Part shown: one piece after another, positions 59,164 through 64,000 of the stretch
How the letters are laid out: each line of letters opens with the position of its first letter
How positions within the stretch are numbered: position 1 is the first letter of the stretch
Source of the DNA: an uncultured Sulfurovum sp.
GTDB lineage: Bacteria; Campylobacterota; Campylobacteria; Campylobacterales; Sulfurovaceae
Direction of reading: 5' to 3'
NCBI GenBank assembly: GCA_902727855.1
Contig: CACVAS010000058.1
Span: forward strand, 45,029 to 109,028
DNA length: 64,000 nucleotides
Program-made: the position numbers and the translations under genes
Notes under the pieces: model-generated
Seen by the model: only the letters and a program-made list of their open reading frames with translations
Databases searched by the model: none
What the model was told of the DNA's origin: nothing

Positions 59164-61880
59164 CTTTCCGACCCCATCTAGCCTACTCTGCATCTGCTGG
59201 AAGTGGAAAAACATTTGCACTTTCAGTGCGTTACATCTCACTTCTGTTTATGGGAGCATCTCCATCTAGCATACTTGCTGCAACCTTTACCAATAAAGCA
59301 GCAGCCGAAATGCGTCAAAGAGTGGTTGACTCTTTACGTAACTTAGGAGAGAATGAAGCATTTTTAGATGCGATACTAATACAAACAGGATTTAATAAAG
59401 AGGAGATTTTCAAAAAACAACCTCAGGTTTTATCTATATTTTTAAGCTCTACCTCTTACATAGTCACTTTAGATAGCTTCTTCTCTGGTATTTTACGTTC
59501 TACCTCTTTGGAACTTGGACTTGAACCTGATTTTGTGACTAAAACAGAAGGAAATGATGCCCTTGAAGAACACTTTTTAGATGAAGTACAAGCCAATGGA
59601 CTACTTACTAACTTAGTAAAACTGGCTATGGACATAGAAGACAAACGCTTTGGTAAGATTTTTGATCTTATGCAGAACTTTTACAAAGTTGACCCCCTAC
59701 TACCAGAACAAGAAAATAGCACTTTTTCTTTACCCCAACAAGAAGAACAATGTGAGGCATTACGTCTCAAAATAATAAAAGCTCTTACAGATGCAAGTGC
59801 CGCAGCACGTTGTATGAAACAGTTTGACACTAAGAGTATAAAAGAACTTTTTGGTAAAAAACTGTTTGAAAAAGAGACACTAGGTGAACATTCTTGGTTT
59901 AAAAAAGTAGTAAATGATGAAATAGAGATTCTCTATGCTTCTCTTAAAATTGCATTAGACAAATGGGCAAAGGCTAAAGAGAGTATAGTCCTACATAACC
60001 TCTTCAAAATATATGACTATTACAAAAATGCCACCATTTCCAATGCTAAGTCATCAGGCATACTCACATTTGATGACTTAACATACTTTACCTATAGGCT
60101 TTTACATGAGAGCATGAGTAAAGAGTTTTTATATTTTAAAATAGATGCCAAGTTTAAACACATACTTTTAGATGAGTTTCAAGATACCTCTACCCTACAG
60201 TTTTTACTCCTGAAACCACTCATAGATGAAATCTTTTCTGGACTCGGACAAAGTGAATTTAAAAGCTTTTTTTATGTGGGTGACACGAAGCAATCACTCT
60301 ACCGTTTTCGTGGAGGGGTAGAAGAACTTTTTGATAAGGTAGCTGAAAATTATGGGATAGATATCTTACCGATGGATACCAACTATAGAAGCTCTAAAAA
60401 CGTAGTAGAACAAGTCAACAGGTGGTTTGAGCCTAACATGCAAGGGTATGTAGCTCAAAAAAGTCGAGATGGTGCAAATGAAGGGTCTGTAGAAGTTGTG
60501 GAGTCTGAAGAACTCATCGAAGAAGCAGTTAAGCAAGCGAAAAAACTTTTAGAGTTAGGCATTTCTGTAGATGATATTGCCTTTTTGGTTAGCACAAACA
60601 AAGATGGACAGACGTTGCAAGAAGTCTGCCAAAGTGAGGGCATAGATGTACTTTTAAAAACTTCTTCTTCACTTAAAAATATGCCAAAAATCGCAGCACT
60701 TGTAGCAATGTGTGAGTATTTGTTTTTCGGAGAAAAGATAGACGCACAAGCGATGTTGTTGAAGGTAGGTAAAAAACTAGAAGAAGTAGATACCTCTTGG
60801 TTTTCTGCCTTTATGTCACCTCTACAAATGGTAGATAAACTTGTACGCGAGTTTGGCTACTTTGATAACGACCTAAACATCTTAAAACTTTTAGAGTTTT
60901 CCTCTAACTACACTGACATTCCCACCTTTATAGAAGAGTTTCATACCTCTAGTATTGCAGTAGCATCCAATACCATCCATGGTGCCAAGATAATGACTAT
61001 ACACGGCTCTAAAGGTCTAGAGTTTGAGTATGTTATTTTACTAGACAAACTTACACGTAAAAATGCCGATAAATCAGCACTCATCTATCATTACGATGAT
61101 AACTTGCATATAGATACCATACTCTACCGCACTAAAAGCAGAGAAAATTTTGACACCACATACGCTGACATCATTGCATCTCGTAAAATTTCTGAAGCTA
61201 AAGACAGTATGAACGTACTCTATGTGGCACTCACAAGAGCTGTTGAAGGGATGATAGTCATACGTAAACCTAAAGACTCCATTTTTGATACCTTGGGTAT
61301 GGAAGAGATGAGTATAGGCACATTAAAACAACGTAGGGGGCGATTGCCATCGCACCAATCAGATGAAAGATGCAAAACAATCCTCACCAACTATGGTACA
61401 CAAGAAACACCCGAAAGTGAAGAAGTAGAAGAAAAAGACTATGAAGCCATACTTTTTGGTACAGCACTACACTACACCTTAGAGATGCTAGGTTCATTTG
61501 ACAAAGTGGGGCTCAGCGCTGCGATGATTTCATTGCAAAATAAATTTGGACAACAACTGAGTACTGAGAGTATAAATGAAATAAAAAAACGTATCACTAT
61601 GCTCATAGAAAATGAGAAATTTCAAGCGTTACTTACGCATGCAACAGTCAGAAAAGAACAATCTCTCTCTTATGAGGGAGAACTCAAACAGATTGATTTA
61701 CTTTTAGAGTATGAAGATTACAATCTTGTTATAGATTATAAAAGTTCTAAAAAGTATAGCCTAAAACACCAGAGTCAAGTAGAATACTACAAAAAAGCTA
61801 TTAAAAATATTACGGGCAAAAGAACTGAAGGGATGGTGGTTTATTTACTAAATAAAGAGGTGTTATTTAATCGCATATAA
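59160..61880 (+). CDS. addA: RecB/AddA-like helicase-nuclease
   Basis: ASAGSGKT, TFTNKAAAEM, LDEFQDT, VGDTKQSLYRFRG, YVALTRA; C-terminal GTALH...IDLL...IDYKS nuclease. Confidence 0.92.
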   Translation: MTFRPHLAYSASAGSGKTFALSVRYISLLFMGASPSSILAATFTNKAAAEMRQRVVDSLRNLGENEAFLDAILIQTGFNKEEIFKKQPQVLSIFLSSTSYIVTLDSFFSGILRSTSLELGLEPDFVTKTEGNDALEEHFLDEVQANGLLTNLVKLAMDIEDKRFGKIFDLMQNFYKVDPLLPEQENSTFSLPQQEEQCEALRLKIIKALTDASAAARCMKQFDTKSIKELFGKKLFEKETLGEHSWFKKVVNDEIEILYASLKIALDKWAKAKESIVLHNLFKIYDYYKNATISNAKSSGILTFDDLTYFTYRLLHESMSKEFLYFKIDAKFKHILLDEFQDTSTLQFLLLKPLIDEIFSGLGQSEFKSFFYVGDTKQSLYRFRGGVEELFDKVAENYGIDILPMDTNYRSSKNVVEQVNRWFEPNMQGYVAQKSRDGANEGSVEVVESEELIEEAVKQAKKLLELGISVDDIAFLVSTNKDGQTLQEVCQSEGIDVLLKTSSSLKNMPKIAALVAMCEYLFFGEKIDAQAMLLKVGKKLEEVDTSWFSAFMSPLQMVDKLVREFGYFDNDLNILKLLEFSSNYTDIPTFIEEFHTSSIAVASNTIHGAKIMTIHGSKGLEFEYVILLDKLTRKNADKSALIYHYDDNLHIDTILYRTKSRENFDTTYADIIASRKISEAKDSMNVLYVALTRAVEGMIVIRKPKDSIFDTLGMEEMSIGTLKQRRGRLPSHQSDERCKTILTNYGTQETPESEEVEEKDYEAILFGTALHYTLEMLGSFDKVGLSAAMISLQNKFGQQLSTESINEIKKRITMLIENEKFQALLTHATVRKEQSLSYEGELKQIDLLLEYEDYNLVIDYKSSKKYSLKHQSQVEYYKKAIKNITGKRTEGMVVYLLNKEVLFNRI
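61333..61361 (+). repeat. solo REP inserted in frame in addA
   Basis: Exact GTAGGGGGCGATTGCCATCGCACC followed by AATCA, as in the right arms of REPINs 1 and 3. Confidence 0.95.
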
Positions 61881-61910
61881 TTTAAGAACACCTCAAGGTA
61901 GAAAAGATAC

Positions 61911-61939
61911 TTGACACTTTAAAAAATATTACATACAAT
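61911..61939 (+). promoter_or_regulatory. sigma70 promoter of TA pair
   Basis: TTGACA-17-TACAAT. Confidence 0.68.
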
Positions 61940-61968
61940 ACTTTAAATAGTGCGATTAAGGATATGAT

Positions 61969-62229
61969 ATGATAATAACTGCGAATGAGTTAAAAGTAAA
62001 AGGTGTCTCCCTATTAGATAGTATGTTTGAAAAGCTAGATGAGGTGCTTATCTCAGTGCGTGGAAAAAACAAATATGTTGTAGTAGATATAGCACGATAT
62101 GAGTATCTACGTGAATGTGAGTTAGAACAAGCATATAGAGAAGTTAAAGAAGACATACAAAATGGTGATTATGATACCATGAGTGTAGAAGAGCATATGA
62201 AAGAACTAAAAAATGCCCTATCAGATTAA
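61969..62229 (+). CDS. Phd-like antitoxin
   Basis: MIITANELK, ISVRGKNKYVVV...YE; overlaps the toxin start. Confidence 0.8.
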   Translation: MIITANELKVKGVSLLDSMFEKLDEVLISVRGKNKYVVVDIARYEYLRECELEQAYREVKEDIQNGDYDTMSVEEHMKELKNALSD

Positions 62230-62491
62230 CTTTTCTAAACGATATAAAAAAAGAGAAAAAGACTTTTTAAAAAAACATAAAAATTTAGTTGACAAGTATG
62301 AAAAAGTACTTTACTTACTCAAAGATAATCCTCAACATACATCACTACGCTTACACCAACTCAAAGGAAAACTTCATCCACTCTACTCAATCTCTATAGA
62401 TATACAATACCGTATGACTATGGAATTTTACATTGAAGATGAGCGTATTGTACCTGTAAATATAGGGACACATGATGATGTATATAAGTGA
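62213..62491 (+). CDS. RelE/YafQ-type mRNA interferase toxin
   Basis: LRLHQLKG, SISID..YR, IGTHDDVY. Confidence 0.88.
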   Translation: MPYQINFSKRYKKREKDFLKKHKNLVDKYEKVLYLLKDNPQHTSLRLHQLKGKLHPLYSISIDIQYRMTMEFYIEDERIVPVNIGTHDDVYK

Positions 62492-62685
62492 AAACAAAAG
62501 AATTCACTTCTTAAACTTAAATAAAACTTAATTTAAAAAAATATTAAGTTTAAGTGGGTACAATCCGTCCACTAATGAACTTGGGTTCACAACAAGTCTT
62601 CGCAATACGAAAACTTTAGTGAGAGGAATTGGGGTTGAACTTTGTTCAATCTCAAGGAGAAAGTTTTAATAATAAAGGATAATTC

Positions 62686-63114
62686 ATGAAAATGACAACA
62701 GTATTAAAACCTGCTGACGTGACTCGTGACTGGGTTTTAATAGACGCTGAAGGTAAAACTTTTGGTCGTATTTTAACTGAAGTAGCGACACTTCTAAGAG
62801 GTAAACATAAACCATCATTTACACCAAATGTAGACTGTGGTGACTATGTAGTCATCATTAACGCTGAGAAAGCAAAATTCTCAGGTGCTAATAAATTAGA
62901 AGACAAAGAGTACTTTACACACTCTGGTTACTTTGGTTCAACGAAAAGTAAAAAACTTGGTGACATGATGGAAAATCACACTGAGAAACTTTATAGACTA
63001 GCTGTTAGAGGTATGCTTCCTAAGACTACTTTAGGTCGTGCGATGCTTAAAAAACTTAAAGTATATGCTGGTGCTGAACACCCACATACTGCACAAATAA
63101 ATAAGGAAGCGTAA
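62686..63114 (+). CDS. rplM: 50S ribosomal protein L13
   Basis: [29 protein letters not shown]. Confidence 0.98.
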   Translation: MKMTTVLKPADVTRDWVLIDAEGKTFGRILTEVATLLRGKHKPSFTPNVDCGDYVVIINAEKAKFSGANKLEDKEYFTHSGYFGSTKSKKLGDMMENHTEKLYRLAVRGMLPKTTLGRAMLKKLKVYAGAEHPHTAQINKEA

Positions 63115-63116
63115 TC

Positions 63117-63506
63117 ATGGCAACTATTTATGCAACAGGAAAAAGAAAATCGGCTATCGCTAAAGTTTGGATGACTCCAGGAAATGGTGATATGAGTATT
63201 AACGGTAAAACGCTTGACCAATGGTTAGGTGGACACGAAACACTCAAAATGAAAGTAAGATTACCGCTTGAAATCACTAAGCAACTAGAGAGTATGAACA
63301 TTAAAGCTAGTACACTTGGTGGTGGGTATTCTGCACAAGCAGATGCTTTAAAGCATGGTATTACTAAAGCGTTAGTAGCATACGAAGAGTCATTTAGAAC
63401 ACTTCTTAAACCAGAAGGTCTTCTTACTCGTGACTCTAGAGTTGTTGAGCGTAAGAAACCAGGTAAAAGAAAAGCAAGAAGATCTAGACAGTTCTCAAAA
63501 CGTTAA
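63117..63506 (+). CDS. rpsI: 30S ribosomal protein S9
   Basis: [36 protein letters not shown]. Confidence 0.98.
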   Translation: MATIYATGKRKSAIAKVWMTPGNGDMSINGKTLDQWLGGHETLKMKVRLPLEITKQLESMNIKASTLGGGYSAQADALKHGITKALVAYEESFRTLLKPEGLLTRDSRVVERKKPGKRKARRSRQFSKR

Positions 63507-63544
63507 TATTTCTTCAGAAAAAGATATATTATCTTTTTATTTTA

Positions 63545-63569
63545 TTCCAAAACCTTTTTGGTTTTGGAA
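63545..63569. terminator. hairpin between convergent genes
   Basis: TTCCAAAACC-TTTTT-GGTTTTGGAA. Confidence 0.65.
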
Positions 63570-63586
63570 ACTCTCCCAACTTTTAT

Positions 63587-63976
63587 TTAAAAAACCAACC
63601 AAGCATTTACTACATAGAGTAACCCCACATGTATACTCTTAGTCAAAGCAACAGCAGCAGTATTGCCAAGTTGACATACGCCACAACGTTTCCCTTCATA
63701 CAATGCTCTCATAAAATAGAGTCCAATGAAAAGTACTAGTGTGAATAGAAGATAATATTGGAATATTTGTAAATAAGGTAAAAATGAAGGGACAAATAAT
63801 CCAAGTAACGCGATAAGACCTACAATAAGACCATACTTAATAGCACTTAGAATTTTATCTGAGTATGGTGAAATATTACAAGAGGCTTTAGCATCTACAT
63901 TATTCAAACCTTTGAGTTTATTTTCAAAAATCTTTTTTTCCTCAGGTGATAGTCTAACAATAAATGTCGAACCCAT
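63587..63976 (-). CDS. hypothetical membrane protein
   Basis: 129-aa ORF with TM helices and a CxxC. Confidence 0.6.
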   Translation of the reverse strand: MGSTFIVRLSPEEKKIFENKLKGLNNVDAKASCNISPYSDKILSAIKYGLIVGLIALLGLFVPSFLPYLQIFQYYLLFTLVLFIGLYFMRALYEGKRCGVCQLGNTAAVALTKSIHVGLLYVVNAWLVF

Positions 63977-64000
63977 AAGATAATCATTTTTTCGTTGTAT

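Noticed and set aside
1302-63642. Many short antisense or overlapping ORFs in the supplied track (e.g. 4573-5061, 6409-6993, 9849-10238, 49295-49786)
   Set aside because: Shadows of well-supported genes, with no motifs or start signals.

Overview
AT-rich bacterial chromosome segment. Gene content and order point to Campylobacterota, probably a Sulfurovum-like organism (inference). The backbone is housekeeping: uvrD-truB, ispE, smpB, ffh-rpsP-khpA-rimM-trmD-rplS, waaA, glyQ, glnA, PBP1A, bioF, maf, alaS, yajQ, hom, rlmB, rsmI, rpmE, rsmE, moeA, queD-queE-moaA, addA, rplM-rpsI. Small accessory cassettes interrupt it repeatedly. (1) A REP-associated tyrosine transposase (RAYT) island at 11596-14070 has eight identical 24-bp GTAG REPs: three homologous REPINs plus a 63-bp tandem run, bracketing the RAYT and a membrane cargo gene. 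A ninth perfect REP sits in frame inside addA, and an unrelated palindrome sits in frame inside alaS. (2) An integrase-free defence/TA hotspot between hom and yajQ holds Fic, DpnI plus an uncalled DpnD-like ORF, a RelE-type TA and VapBC. Its two outer cassettes are each bounded by a duplicated fragment of the neighbouring core gene. (3) An ABC-ATPase plus PD-(D/E)xK-like gene pair is inserted between purE and glyQ. (4) An extra purK-purE pair lies near a native-position purE that has lost its SAHR active-site motif. (5) An ERIC-like hairpin follows rplS. No tRNA, rRNA, CRISPR array, integrase or reverse transcriptase was recognised.
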